A stretch of DNA of 64,000 nucleotides from Phoronis australis (Eukaryota > Animalia > Phoronida): the NCBI GenBank assembly GCA_002633005.1, contig NMRA01000589.1, forward strand, positions 154,641-218,640, written 5' to 3'. A program made the position numbers and the translations under genes. The notes below the pieces were generated by a model. The model saw only the letters and a list, made by a program, of their open reading frames with translations, made no database searches and was not told the origin of the DNA. Below are positions 24,009 through 38,345 of this stretch, piece after piece (positions within the stretch are counted from its first letter, which is position 1; the number at the start of each line of letters is the position of its first letter).

Positions 24009-27000
24009 TTAGATTTCGTCTATTCGACATGTTGGTTTGTTGAATTCGAACACATTCATGTAGCCACATCGTGCCATATGGTTCGTCGACTTGTACGGTG
24101 TTACTCCACCTGCGGTTCCCGAGCATAGGTCGTCTTGGAAAATAGCACTCTCCCAGCCGTCCCCCTGCGTCAAGAAGCAACGGAACTCAAACCAACCATT
24201 CCTCGTCTGATTATAGTCCATTAGGAAGTCAAGCATCCAGTAGTGTTCCCCAAAACTGAAACAATTTCAACAAAGTGAGTGAAATGTAGTAGATTATTAA
24301 TACCTCTTAATTCTGCTGCTGCCGCTGCCGCTGATGCTGCTGCTGCAGCTGCTGCTGCCGCTGCTGCTGCTGCTGTTACCACTGCAGTAATTAGGCAACG
24401 CATTTAGCTTTGTCAAGAAAATCATGATTTTGTGATTAGTTATCAAAAATTTTAGATAGCTATCTGGACTTTTCAGTTGCTTTAATTTTGAATATATCCA
24501 CCATCTCCCTCAATTTGTAACATGATTGTCGTCTGATACACACATACACCTGAGTACACGTAATTTCATAATACATACCTGTAACGTTACTATACAATAC
24601 TACCGTGACCAAGACCTGAGTATTAGACAAATAATCAAATGGCTGCATTGATAATTCCACAATACAAAGGTTACGGGCATTAAAAATACTATGCTTGTTT
24701 TTCAATCTGACCTCAAACCAATCTAGTTCAAAAAACTTATTCTGAGCTGAAGCTGTTCATTGTATGGGAGATCAAGTGTTCAAAGTAACAAGAATTAAAT
24801 AGTTTCTGAATTTTTGATGATGCACTGGTAAAATGGCCGCCAAAGTTGAATGAACTTCACTTCTTTATAAATTGCCAGTAATTAACACAATATACGTAAT
24901 GTCTCTAGTTTATAGTAACTCTTTTTGTGTTCTAAATGGTGGAAATGAAGGAACTGCTTTTTAGAAATGAAGGAACGTAAACACTATTCAGTCACTGAGG
25001 CTGCCGAACAGCTGTCGTTTTACGTCGATTGCATGATATATTAGATTTCATCAGATATGTGAACACATTTGACATCGATTCGCCAATAAAATCAACTATC
25101 TGAATTGTGAACTAATAATGAACACAAGTGAGACGAGACAACTGTCATTTTCGAATCATTAAATAATAGTATTTTGAGACCACATATGTTGATTACCAGA
25201 CAATCGGTTTTACTGCCGGAAACGCACTTTTACAAATTTAGAAGGGGGTAGACTTCTTGAAGTTCTTAGTCGTGATCACAGTTATAAGACAACAAAACCA
25301 ATACTAAATCTAGTCTTGAAGACTGTTTGTCCTATTAAACTTGTTTAAATGATATAAAGTTAGAGTTTGCCAATTATGATGTTTTAAAACTTAACATGGC
25401 GTAAGAAACGTCGATTAAATAGGAGATGTTGGACATAATATTGACGATAACACGTGCAGTTTTTATCGATAGTTTAACGTTAAGCGGATATTTCCTATTG
25501 ACCAGAGATTTAAATGATGATTTGGATTAAAGGTCATTATCTCGGGTAGTAAACCTCGTGATTTGAAATTCCACCGAACGAGTGACCGCCTCTCAGGATA
25601 TTAGTGTAGATAAAACAAACATTATAAACAAGATTTTATTCTGGTGAGCGATTTCGAAGTGATATGAAATCAGTATACATGACGCAACGGTGTTTTATTT
25701 ATATACCGAGTCTTTTGTGAATTGAGGTATAGGGTTCTAGCGCGAACAAAATTTAGGACACGATTCTGGTCTGACATCAGTTTCTTTGAAATTCTTCATG
25801 AAAGCTCAACTTTTGTGGCTGCAGGATCACATTGGTGTAGCAGAATGCCATTCTTGGAACACTTATCCTTTGCAAAATGAAATGGTTTTGACTTGGCAGT
25901 TTGCAAAAAAATGAAGATGTGTATTAGTAATTTTAAATGTTAAAAAGATTTTTAAAAAATTACAGCAAACAATAGGGCCTACAAGGACGTGAAATGTAAT
26001 TAGAAAGACTTGAACGGCAGGCTTGCCCGTGATTAACCTCAAACATCAGCCACAATGAGAAGGCAAAATTAATCCAACTGCCCTGTATAGAACATGCATA
26101 AGCCAGATTAAAACTCTGCGTTACTCACGTGTTCAACGGCTGGTATTCCACAACGTCCGTTTTATTGGATGTCCAAGCCCCTGGAGCGCCAACTGCCGGT
26201 AATCCTTCAAAGCTCCCCTGTCCCCCTTCACATCCGTACCAGTCAAACTTAGTGACGCCCTTTCTCCACGAGTCGTATTTGTTGTAATGCGGTGTAGTGC
26301 CCAAGCTTTCGTATTGGATTGCTATTGACCCGTCTTTTCTCACGTTGTTATTTTGATCACCGTCTGAAAATCACAGTGAAGTCCGTTTTACATAGCCAGA
26401 GGCAAAGCATACGAATACAAGAAAACCCAGTTGACCATGCAAAAGACGTGAATACGCCGCAAATACTGGTGAAGGCTTATTGACAAACAACTTTCATTAC
26501 TGCCTTCACGATTCATGTCGAAACATGATGTTGGCGGAACGTTCTAGTTTTTTAAATGTGGTTATCAGTCATTATGTACATTAATTGGCACTAAGCCTAG
26601 AAAGGGTTAGAAAGAATTATCTATGGAACGGCGTCAAAAATATGACATAATTATGTATCAACATATACAACAAAGAATACACATATTTACATATACTCGG
26701 CTGTCTACTGGTTCACCATTTTGCGTCCATCAAGCAGGTGAGATAATGCCGTTTTAGTGTTGGTCACATGTGTTGGGGATTTGGTAAACGACGTACTCAT
26801 TCACGGTGTATTCCGATGATTTTATTCATTCACGTTTCCAGTAGCATCTCACCAAAAGAAGCGTGTTTCAGACAAGATGAAAAAAGTGCGATAAATACAA
26901 CTTTAAGGTGTGGATTTTCCAAAGATCACAGAAATAGCACCTTTATCAATACTAATAAAGCTTTTGAGAATTAGTATACGATATCAGCATATCATGAATA

Positions 27001-30000
27001 TCTGTAACCCCGATTTCAATGTGTCATCCAATATGACGGACATTAGTTTTGGGATACGTCAAAAAGCAGTGCTGTAGTGGGGCGTAGGCGCACGTAGGTG
27101 CACTCAACCACCCTTTGGCATTTGAACGTAGCGCCTACGCACCGTAAGTTACGTTCAGCGGTCAAGGTGGTACGGTGGGCTTTGAGCGCTTACTTACCTC
27201 TTATTTTACCACTACAGCACTGTCAAAACGATAATGACGCCTAATGCCTTTGGGGTGCCTCAGAGCCTCAGGAGATAGGAAAAAAACAGAATCTTACCAG
27301 GACAGAAAAAAATTAAATAAATTACTCACAATCAGTATTTGTACTAAGTCCCCCTCTGATGAATAAGTCTTGGCCGGGTACGGTCACCTTTTTAATGAAC
27401 AGAACAGTCCTCAGCCACATGGCAGGCAGTGGCAAGAGGGGAATTGATGACGAAACTGTGTCTGCAAAAGAAAAAGACAACAAATGCTAATCGGACACAT
27501 TTAACTTGACAGAGTCTCGATCAAAAATCGAGCACTTCTGGGAACCTAAATCATGATGGTCACTGTATAACTGAAATATTGGCCCCATGTGTGCTGTATG
27601 CAGCTCACTAATTCAGAGACAAGTACATTATGTTTTGGCGAAAAAGTTCACAAATGTCTATTTGAAAGTCGACCAACACCTGTACACGTAAATCGGTTAG
27701 TTGACAATGGACACGACCAAGCTTTATAGACACCACAAAACTGGTTACAAGATTTTTCATATTTTAAGAGATAATCCGATCACTGCGACGGAGCGATTTA
27801 AACCAACAAAGTTATAACTATTATAGCTAAAACTAGAGAGTGCGGCTTCTGGTATTTTGTTAAAAATTTAGGTAAAAACGCATTAGAGTTCTCATTCACA
27901 ACAAAGTTATCAACTTCAAAGGGAAACAATATATTTGAGTTGACTTGTCAATCAATTTGAAGAACAGCTGGATCTAGTCATTGGTTTTAACACCTTCTCA
28001 TTTGAAATGAGCTTTTCTCAAATAAATGAGCTTCGAAAAAAGGACTTAAGTTGAATACTTAATAAGGTATTTCCCAGACAATGCCACACTTGCAAATTCA
28101 TTAACCGGTCTATCCTATACATATATATAGGGTATACCACTAGCGTCATTCGTTTGAGTGGTCTATTCTATATATGTATAGGATAGACCGGTTAATGAAT
28201 TTGCAAGTGTGGCATTGTCTGGGAAATACCTTATTAAGTATTCAACTTAAGTCCTTTTTTCGAAGCTCATTTATTTGAGAAAAGCTCATTTCAAATGAGA
28301 TGTTTTTTACTTAAATTGAATAATAAACACTAGCGCTGCAAAAGCGCAAGTAGCCACTACGCTAACATTATAATTAGTTAGCCCCACTTGCAGGGCGTCA
28401 CACCCTGTGTGATCTACTGTACTCTCCCCAAGAATGACCCCTTCGAGCTTGACCAACACCCCACTGACTACTTCTCGAACATGAAGGTAAATAAAACCGT
28501 AATACGCAACCTAGTTTACTCGAAATAAAACAGAGCCTACGGTCAATTATCGTGTATACTGTCTGCACCGAAGCTACCTTAGAATTTTAGGAAATGTCGC
28601 AATATCACCAGAGTTCTATTCACTGGCCTCCCTTATTTGGGAAATTTGTGGAGATTGGAGATTCGTGACTTTTGGTTAGTAAGAAATTCTTAAGACTGAC
28701 AACCAGATTGCACGGTGGTCATTTGGTATAAAAACAAACAAAACCTGGGGGACACTAGTGGTCGATCTTAAAAAATACAGCCCTCATGTACGCCAACTAA
28801 ACCAGGCACTTATCATGTTTTCATTCGCACCAATAGTAAACCGTGCTAAAGATTCTCAGCATTATGGAGTGTTGGAATAACTTACACCAGACAAGTTATA
28901 TTTGTGTTGAATCAGTTCCAGGGTAAATAATGTAAACATTTCAATAAGTAACACGTACCCAGCAATATAGATTTCATTTTGTGCCAATTCCATTTGTGCT
29001 GCGATTCCGCGGAATCGTTAGCATGGGTGGTTCAAGATGAAGAAAACATGATCATTGGAATCCACAGATTTATGTTAGTGTATTTTTAGAAGGCGTTCAG
29101 CTTAAGGGACATGGTTTTTCCATCCTCATTCTGAAAACTTTCTTCCTTGTTTCGATTAAAAACAAATTTTAATAACAACTAAATAAGTCAATTTATTCTT
29201 AGTTTTTGATAAAGCCCAAAACGTTTAGAAATAACCCAATAAAGATTAGAAAATCATTTTTATTTCAAATTTATGATGAAAAATTGGCGGCCTCAGCTGG
29301 ACGGCCCTGAACTTAAAAGTGACCCGAAAAAATCACACAACAGCGGTAATTTCATAAATGATGTGTTTCAATTTCAATGATAATGTTGATTGATGAGATC
29401 AATTTTACGTTGCAAAGTTGACCAGGACAGGTCAACCACAATAACTCACCGACATCGACCACGTCAATGACCTCTTCTACCTCTTGACACGGCTCTAACA
29501 TGATATCTTTGACCCCTGTTTCGTCCAGACTGGTCACTGAATTGCTCGTCTCTTCTGACCGCGTAAGGTCACTCTCGTAGTCTGCGTCATGACGTGTATA
29601 GTCAACATCGTCAAGTCTAACGTGAGTGGCCGGGCCGTGCCAGTGGGATTTGTCCAACTCGATTTCGTGGTGTTGTCGAACGGATTCGAGTTTAATAATG
29701 TTTATTATAAGTTCAGACCTGGAATGAGTAAATGTGACTACAATTAACATTCACGGACTACTTGTCACGACAATGACGACGATAGCGTGAAAGATGAGGA
29801 GGTTTACCGTTTTAATGACAGCGATGATGGTGATGTTGATTGCGACTAAGATGATGATAAGATTTTGATGACGATACCGTATACTATGCAATTCAGCTCG
29901 CACGGCTAATTTGTGGAGCTGCGCCTAAGTGCGGATCTTAGGCGCGTGTGCCTATATGCAGGGCATTTGAGTAGGAATCAAGTGCTATTTCAACGACGAT

Positions 30001-31240
30001 TAAGGCTAAAGGTTTTCTTAAAAATATAGCTGTGTTGTATATTTTTAGTTTTTAACCATTACTCTAACCTCTTTAATCTTCTCAGAGTATACATGACGTC
30101 ACAGACGTTGTGTGAAATGAAATGGTTCGGCAGTGTTTTTTTTTAAATGAAGATGTGCAGTGTCGTGGAGCATCAAATAGACCTAATTGTAGAACATAAG
30201 CACGTGCACCCATATGCGGGACCTTTGATCGAAAAAATCAAGCGGAAAACCCGCATATAGTAGGCATATGTGCTTATTTGAGGGCTCATACCGTAATAAC
30301 TAGGGCTACGATAGTACTGATGACAACGACTATGATGACGAAGACGATGATAGTGAAGATGATGACGATTATGATGACGACGCGGCAGTGACTATGAGGG
30401 CAATCATGGCCATGATGCAGGTGGATAATGAAGACGATGATGAGGAATTTCGATGTTGGTGACAACGACAATGATGAAGACAATTGTGTCACTAGTGACG
30501 ACGACAATTTTGATGATAATGATAGAGTGACGGTGACTGTGATAATAGTGATAATGTTGTTGATGGCCGGTGATGACTGGGTTGTTGAATTCTTCCTTTT
30601 GGAACACAACTGAAACTTATTCTACCGGTATCCCTGACCGCATATCGAACTGAGAAACCAGACGGTTGGTTTCTGGCTCGATTATTTTTTCAATGTCATA
30701 TACAAGGTCATTGTCCCAGACGTGAAGAGCTTCGAGCTTGGGGGGTATTTATGATGTAAACAGCGCGACAAATACTGTTGAGTTGCGTGAAATTTGGATT
30801 CACTTATTGATTTCATGCCTTTATATTGAGCTATTGGATGCAGGTCAGCTTTGTAGGTGACAATTTAATCCTACATGAATGGCTACCTATTTGCTTTCTA
30901 GGCATGGGGTTTTCAATTAAAATGGCTTTGCATTATGACAACAAACGGAAGACAAGGCAAAAAGTACATTAGTGGAAAACATTGAATAGCGGCAGCTACA
31001 ATAATGACAATCCTCTTCGCGAGTGTCCTCGAACGTTTTTTGAGGTCACGTCTCAGTTACACGGCTGAAACGATAAATGCTGAGTATATAATCTGCACTG
31101 TGTTAAAACTAAGCGTAAATCAAAAGAACTCACATAAAGGTGTATTTGGTAACAGGTTCTTCAGTCGTATCTTCGGTGGATATCGGAGTGTTTGTATGTT
31201 GGACATTATAGGCTACGCCGGGAACTCCGGGAAAGTCCAT
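24009..31240 (-). CDS. Protein with alpha-amylase C-terminal-extension-like domain preceded by an acidic region (~329 aa)
   Basis: Exons 31240-31134, 29718-29450, 27461-27330, 26363-26129, 24255-24009 splice in frame (990 nt) with GTGAGT donors. Motifs [81 protein letters not shown] match, from recall, the domain C-terminal to some invertebrate and Pseudoalteromonas-type alpha-amylases. The last three exons are secure; the first two rest on splice phase only. Confidence 0.7.
24313..24385. repeat. (GCT)n microsatellite, intronic
   Basis: Directly visible. Confidence 0.9.
27067..27222. mobile_element. hAT-like MITE
   Basis: TIR CAGTGCTGTAGTGG / CCACTACAGCACTG; 8-bp flanks TCAAAAAG / TCAAAACG. 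Confidence 0.7.
27996..28300. repeat. Long near-perfect inverted repeat (~133-bp arms, ~38-bp spacer)
   Basis: TCTCATTTGAAATGAGC...TATACATATATA is mirrored by TATATATGTATAGG...GCTCATTTCAAATGAGA. Confidence 0.9.
30300..30590. repeat. Degenerate (GAT/GAC)n trinucleotide tract, intronic
   Basis: Directly visible; a similar tract at ~29770-29880. Confidence 0.8.
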
Positions 31241-33409
31241 AGTTGTTGTACCGGTCCTGTGTACGCAGTGCAAGTGTCGTTATTTCAGTATAGCGTAGCA
31301 GGACTGCCGTACTATACGTGACAATTGGGTCATGACGCCGGCACTAAACTATGTGTTTACTATTCCGGCCTTTCGTATTTTTTCAATTGCATGGGTTTGG
31401 TCTGGCATGCACCAAGCTGGTAGTGAACACGTGTTGATATTTTTACCAATTTTTGTTAGCGTGGCAGTGCAAGTTAACGACTGACTAGAAATAAAAGAAT
31501 GAGCGAGACGGAAACTAACCATATCCATCACAAACCTTCGCTACGCGGCAGTTACTATACACCATCCATCGAGTCCTTCTTCGATCTGAAATGTTTTGTA
31601 CCCTAAAATATTCTGTCCTTCGAACACATTGAAGGTTACCCATACGTCTGGTAAAATAAAAATTTGGAAATGTCGCATTTCAATTACCGGTATCATGTCC
31701 CGACCTCCCGGCGCACACCCACAACTTTTACACTCGAGGGGTCAGGTGATAGGCATGAACGGTTATGTAATTTATCAATTAAGAACTTCAGAGACATTTT
31801 GTGTGTGTGATATTCTAGTTGACCATCCATCGCCGTTATATCGAGATCTATTAATTACTCTTAGCTATTGCATAACAACACTGAGATTTACATTGTTAGT
31901 GGCTTACAGCACGTATTTTTCTATAGCTGCACCCAATACTATGTTGTAATTAAAGCGACAATAGACCGCGTCACGGTCGAAAAAAACTAAATTTTGGTTT
32001 AGAGCACTTATCGCTATAAAATTGCGGCAAGCCTCGGCTGGGCTCCTTACTTACATCTGGGAATCAGTTCCTAGCTTACATGAGAAGTGATTTTTGGTCC
32101 TGCAAAAGTCACAGTTTGTTATTCCTCGAGGCAATGCTCGGCGAATTAGATGACACGCCATGATAAGTAGAGCTGCCAGTTCCTTCCAAACTCGGAAATC
32201 ACACCTATTTTAACTAAAAACAGTTTGCGACCAATTTCATAACGGTCTAAACCACTTGTTGTGACAACCAGCTCTTCGTCAGCCATTCAAATAGGATTTG
32301 AAAATTAGCACGGAGTACTCAACACCACTTCCTCGGCAACCGCCTCAATCTTTCATTCCGGAACTATATTACGTCATCGGTTCCTTTGAAATCCTGTATT
32401 ACTTGGCGTGATCTGTGAGCTCTGCTAACTTTCAATCGAAGCAGTCTGCTCACCTCGTGTTTTTTTCTTCTGCACTGGCCCTTCGAGTTTATGTCTCCTT
32501 CACGGATACATGTATAGCGTCGGTTGTTCAATAGCAAGTATAAATTTGTTAAGCACTAGGTCAAATTCGATTTCGCGGTTGTGAATTGTCACGTACACGC
32601 AACCTATCCAAAAAGTTTGCTTTTGAACACAGTTTAACAACGTAACTATCTTAATATTTCACTTCGAGATGTTTACACTGCTCCCACCGACATTGTAGTT
32701 AGTAGATTTCGCAAAAATTCAATCACTTTTAACAAACACGTACATTTGCTTTTGCCGTGTAGGAAGTCATGTGTTCACCTACAACTGAAGCAATGAATAT
32801 GAAATTGCTCGGATTTCAAAATTTTAAAATATTTTTATTGGCAAACAGAAAAGAAAACGTGTCAAATAGATTTACTAAATAAGTAAGCATTAAAATAATA
32901 ACATAATAATCGCTTTCCCCGGTTAAGTATGATACAAAAGTTCAAGGTTTTCATTATAACGGTTGTGTTCCAAAAATACCCTATATGTCAATAGAAGCCG
33001 AATTGTTAACTGTATGTGTGAAATCCGATTGTGACTCAAGCATATGAAGAAATTCAACATAGCCATGCATTTTTGCCGTGCTAAATCTACCGTCAAAAAA
33101 CCGAGATGCCAAAAAATGGCCAAGAAGTGTGATTTTGACCATATTTTTATCTAAAAACACAAATTCAAGACTGCCCGGTGCAATAAAAGAGACTATCATC
33201 CAAATGTTCTTTCACCCTAAACTCTATAAATTCAAGTTAAATATGTCATTACTAATCACACTTTTGGCAAATTCCATTTGTCTGAAAGCTAAGTACCTGG
33301 ATTTGTGCCAAAAATTCAAGACTCAACAAGCATGTGCTCTCAAGTAGACAAGAGCACAGGCCAAATTTCTGGACACAGTTTACTAAAACAACTTCACGGA
33401 ACTACCGAA

Positions 33410-33620
33410 AACCATTTGTGGCAATCCCTTCCCATTTAGTCCACAAAACTGCCGTCAAACCGGACCCATCTCATTTTAATCATTTTGGGGGGAGCTAAAA
33501 GGGTCCGCACCGTGGTCTTAGATCATCCTTTGCAGAAGAGAGGTACAAAATTGTCATCTTATCGTAAACTTCGCAAAACATCCTGCACCAGTTTGAAGTG
33601 TCACAAATCTGTTTAAACAA
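33410..33620 (+). repeat. Interspersed repeat family B copy
   Basis: caatcccttcccatttagtccacaaaact...tcttagatcat...cctgcaccagtt.gaagt.tcacaaatctg recurs at ~61780-61970. Confidence 0.75.
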
Positions 33621-33699
33621 ACTGCTACATCGATGGCAATGTTTAAAAATAAACGTGTTTATGCTAAATGACAGAGTAAACAACCCCCTTGTTGGGACA

Positions 33700-34470
33700 A
33701 AGAATTTCAAACTTCAAAAAAACTTTATAAAATCACCTTTTGAATATTTTTCGGAGAGACTCTTCCCCTGGAAAATTGGCAGTATACAAAGAAAATAAGA
33801 AACAATTTCACATGTTATACAAAGAAAAAGAAAACGAGCTTCAAGCGAAGTTGCTGGAAAATATTCTGGATAGAAAAAATAATCCAAAGCAATTCTGGCC
33901 TCTGGTAAAATCAAATTTTAATAGTAGTCTGGAGGAAACTCCAGAACGGTGGTACATGTATTTTAATTTGTTGCTCAATGAACGGATAGAACCGAGCGAC
34001 ACTGTCAAATGCGGTCGTAAGACAACAAGAAAATCATGACAATTACTGTGATGCTTGTGACGAAAATTTACCCAGTGATATGAACACTTGTTTCTCATGT
34101 GAGGAAATTGACTGCGCTATAATGGATCTAGCAAACGGCAAAGCAGCCGGCATTGACCACGTTGTATTTGAGATGTTGAAGAGTACGAGGGTAGCTATTG
34201 TTCCTGTATTGGAACTGCTTTTCAATGGAATTCTCGCTACAGGTCACTACACACAATAATTGTTCCTATGTTAAAACAGGGTGACACCGAAGATGAGAAC
34301 AATTATAGGGGTATCTCATTGTTGTCAGCAGTAGGAAAGCTATTCACCAAACTTTTGAACAACCGGCTTAGCACCTGGGCTGAGGCAAATGGCGAACTTC
34401 GTGAATCACAGGCGGGATTCCGCAAGGGCTACTGCACACAGGACCAAATGTTTACGCTCCAGGCCATGTT
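33700..34470 (+). mobile_element. Degenerate non-LTR retrotransposon (LINE) reverse-transcriptase fragment
   Basis: EEIDCAIMDLANGKAAGIDHVVFEMLK ... KQGDTEDENNYRGISLLSAVGKLFTKLLNNRL ... QAGFRKGYCTQDQMFTL, with frameshifts and stops. Confidence 0.85.
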
Positions 34471-36894
34471 GTTAGTATGTTTTGAACTGCACTCAGTGTT
34501 CATTTATATGATTAGGTACGACGGTAAGCTATTTCACAGCACAAATGACGATGAGAAAAATTGAGTTTGCGCCCTTAGACAAAGTTAAATTTTGTTGATG
34601 GCCGCTGGTCTTAAGTTCAGCCTTGGCTTGCCGGCGAGGTCACGTGTAATGTCACTCATATATTTTATCATTAACCTTTATTAATTCACATCACAACATA
34701 GTATAGTTGAAAAACATCATGAAAGTGAATTTAAAATGTTTTTTTTTATTTTCAATTTCACCAAATCTTAAGGTCATCTGCAGTCGCTTGTGTCCCGCAA
34801 GCCTGTTCGTTCCACGTAAACCGTTGATCCGCATTTAGGTTTCCCAAGCTCTTCGAAAAACCATGTTGCAGCTTTCATTAGCGACGTGGGACTAAAATCA
34901 AATAATGTACTTCTTGCTAAAATGGAGGACGATCGCAGTCTCCCGCGCCCTGGCATATCGCAACTTACCCATTGAGTGTCACACTTAAAGTAGTCACTTA
35001 TGAATTCATGTTTGTACTCGTATAATACATGAAAACAAATGTAACAGCAGTTTTCAAAACAGTTAGTGGCGTACCTGATCAAGGTCCAAAATTTCTTTTT
35101 CCATATAGTTTGATTGAGTGGTATAGTTCTAATTTTACATCATGCGAATTCACATGAAATGACCTAAAAGTTACAACTATCAACCACCTGTAATCAAATC
35201 AAATGACGTTCCAGCAGCCAGGCTCTGTAATCTTATCACCATTGTTACGTGTACCATCTATATCGAAATAACTTTTAAGCATTCATTTCATAGATTCCTA
35301 GAGATAAAATAACCGCTTAACACATGCTTTGGTCAAGTCACGTGGATATCAACTCCGTGTCGCACGCGTCGCATAATACCGCGAGTAGCCTGGTTTTGAA
35401 GGAAAACATTACGATCTAATTGTTTGGACTGGGGATCAAAGCGGCAAAAACACAATTTGGTATTAAATGGCATGAACTTAATTCAGAGTAATTAGAAGGC
35501 CAAATCGTTTTTACTGCCGAAAAACGCATTTTAGGTGAGATTGCTTTTTGGGTGCCATAGACGTTTTGAAATTATTAGCCCAAAGCTGTAAGTCAAAAAA
35601 ATCAGTTGCGTCCTTGTATTTTTTTTCAAATCGGGTGCTGGGGGGTTGGGAGGCATAGCCCCCACTTTTTTTTAGTGCTGCGCTGTCCATGATCTATGAG
35701 TGGTGCACCACAGGGGGGCTGAAGGGGGGCTATAGCACCCACTTTTTAAGTGCTGCGCAGCCCATGTAACAGGAATAATTTTTGGACATTTCGTGCCGCG
35801 AAATGCGTTTTCGAGTAAAACTCACGTGAATAGGTGCTGGTATCAGATAATCCATACTCAGTGTTGCACTATTAAACCCATAGTACCTGATAACTGCAGG
35901 ACGAAACCATGTCAGAATTCAACACATTTTCCATACGAACAAGACAAAAGTATGTTTATTTGCAATACACTATATTCTACAAAACAATTACCGGCCTGAC
36001 TATGAAAACTTAAATCATGACTAAAATGCCTGTTCACTCTGAACGCCACTTTCGTCGTCATACCGACAATTTCCTACGCTCTACCCACCTCCCCTTTTTA
36101 TTGGCTTCCAAGTATTATAAAGCCCTATGACTATCATGTGGCGCATTGCCGGCAGATCCTTGGCGACGGCTTGGCAGGCCACAGAACTCTCGGACGTACA
36201 ATCACAAACGCATTGATTCGTAATGAGAAGGTGATCCCGAAGACTGAAGTGTCAACGAAGGTGTGCAACAATGACTGGCGGGTCAGGTAGGTGATTTTTA
36301 TTCCTTCAGGCGAGACCGGAAGACCTACAAAGCACTTTTATTATACATAAATGTTCTCTATCAACAGTTTATCTTGTACTTTATCTCTCTAATAATTCTA
36401 ATTGGATGGCGTTGATGATATCTAAGAACTTCGATTCGATTTTCATAGGAGCTTATTTAGCTGTAAATATAAACAGTTTTATACTGGTTAAACTAGAAGC
36501 AAATTAAAAAAAGAGTTTCTTCCCTTTAAATATATATTTAATGCATTCGTTGATGCAAAAAAGTTTAAGTCAAAACTCATTTAAACGACTATATTCGAAA
36601 GCAAACTTTGCTGCACTGCTTGAAAAGAGCAAAAATTCGCTTGTCCATGGTGACAATAAATTTTAGTGATTAAGACTCAAAAGGGTTGTTTTCAACTTTG
36701 GTTACACTTTTGTGGTAACTGCACATGCGTGAAATTAGTCTCATGTACCCATATTCAAAAATAAGTTTTTTCTAAAAATTATATTAACTGAAGTACTTAA
36801 CATGTACCTATGACAAAGTTGGCCAATTTTGTTTACGCTGTTAATGGTCGTTAATATACATGTACGTTAACATAGACCATTACGTCACGGATAA

Positions 36895-38345
36895 CACGGG
36901 TACCACAGAGTCATACCCACGAGCATCGCATCCTACCCACGAGCATCGCATCCTACGCACGAACGACCTATGAACCTATGAGTCATGCACACGAACCCAA
37001 AAATCACGCATACGAATAAAAATCATGCGTACGTTGAAGGTTTTTTAAAGTCCTGTTTTGAAAAAGGCTTAAGATTTATCAGAGATGTGTTTACCTCTTA
37101 TGGCGATTTCGTTAGTTTAAACCATATGATAAATGACTTCAAAGTAAAAACCAACTTTGTAGAATATATTGGTAATGTTTCTGTTCTAAGAAGGTTTAAA
37201 AAAGGCTGTTTCAAAGTAAATTTAACAGTTTTAATGTCTATTCTCTTTGCATGCCTTTAGCAATTACTCACTTACTGAAAGATTTGAACGGTTGTAGACA
37301 TACTTGTTCAATCTTTAACGACGTTAAGAAATCTTTTAAGTCAGAGTGTAAATGGGAAATAGAGTTAGAAGATAGTTTAGATTGGAATAAAATATTCGCA
37401 TTGCCTTATGAAATTACAAAGGATCCCAACATTAGACGGTTCCAATTTAGAATATTACACAAAATACAACAAATATTATTTTAGTCAAAATCCGTGCTTG
37501 GGATTCTAATTTATGTTCCTTTTGTTACAACGCTCCAGAGACGCTGTCACATCTTTTTGGGAATGTCACCCTTTACAAGATTTTTGTAAGGAATTTAGGA
37601 AACTACTTCAATAGTGTCTCTTTCAGGTTCTCAACTGTCTCTCTTATCAAAGTGTTATTCTTGAACTTTATAAGACACGTGATTTTCTATTTAAAATTTT
37701 GCTTTTACTAGCTAAACAGTACATTTACAAGGAGAGATGTCACAAAAATATAGATTACCTAAGATTCACGGGTTTGTTACATACACATATGAATACTATA
37801 ATGCTGAAAAATTAATTCCATATAAAAGTTTTGCATAAGACAGCTTCTCTGCGAAATGGGAAAAAATTATTGTTCACGTTATCTCCATGTAGCAGTTGTT
37901 TACTTTATACGAGATATGAAAATGGTCTCTCTTGAGGTGTGCATGCGTGAATGAATGGATGTACTTGTTTGTTTGTTTGTTTTTGTACTTTTGTATCAAT
38001 GGTAATAAATACCTAAAAAGTCATGCGCACGAATCACGAAAATCATACACTCGTGCATCCGAATCATACGCACGAACCACCCGGCTAGCCAAACGATAGT
38101 GTTCATGCGTGTCACTTGATGCTCGTGTGTATGATTTTTGTGTTCTTATGTATGATTTTTGTGGTTCGTGCGTAGGATTTTTGTTCGTATGCGTGATTTT
38201 GTGGGTTCGTATGCATGATGCATATGTTCTTATGCATGATGCATAGGTTCGTATGCATGATTGATGGGTTCGTATGCATGATTCATAGGATCGTAGGTGG
38301 TTCGTGCGTAAGATGCAATGCTCGAGCGTATAATTACTATGGTAC
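36895..38345. mobile_element. Foldback/MITE with ~20-bp subrepeats and inverted arms, interrupted by the LINE fragment
   Basis: 36900-37033 is the diverged reverse complement of ~38150-38345 (cgagcatcgcatcctacgcacgaac...aaaatcacgcatacgaa). Confidence 0.65.
37034..38020 (+). mobile_element. 5'-truncated LINE 3' end (L1/Tx1-like, zf-RVT region)
   Basis: KGLRFIRDVF, KWEIEL...WNKIF...FQFRILHK, CSFCYNAPETLSHLF.WEC; ends with AATAAA and a short A-run. Confidence 0.8.

Noticed and set aside
24221-24403. Poly-Ala ORF
   Set aside because: Intronic (GCT)n microsatellite upstream of the true acceptor at 24256.
30286-30613. Hydrophobic, His-rich or Asp-rich ORFs
   Set aside because: Translations of a degenerate GAT/GAC tract.
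32050-32520. Possible extra minus-strand exons (donors near 32054 and 32453; 46-aa ORF MADEELVV...)
   Set aside because: No recognisable protein and no demonstrable in-frame link; at most 5' UTR exons.
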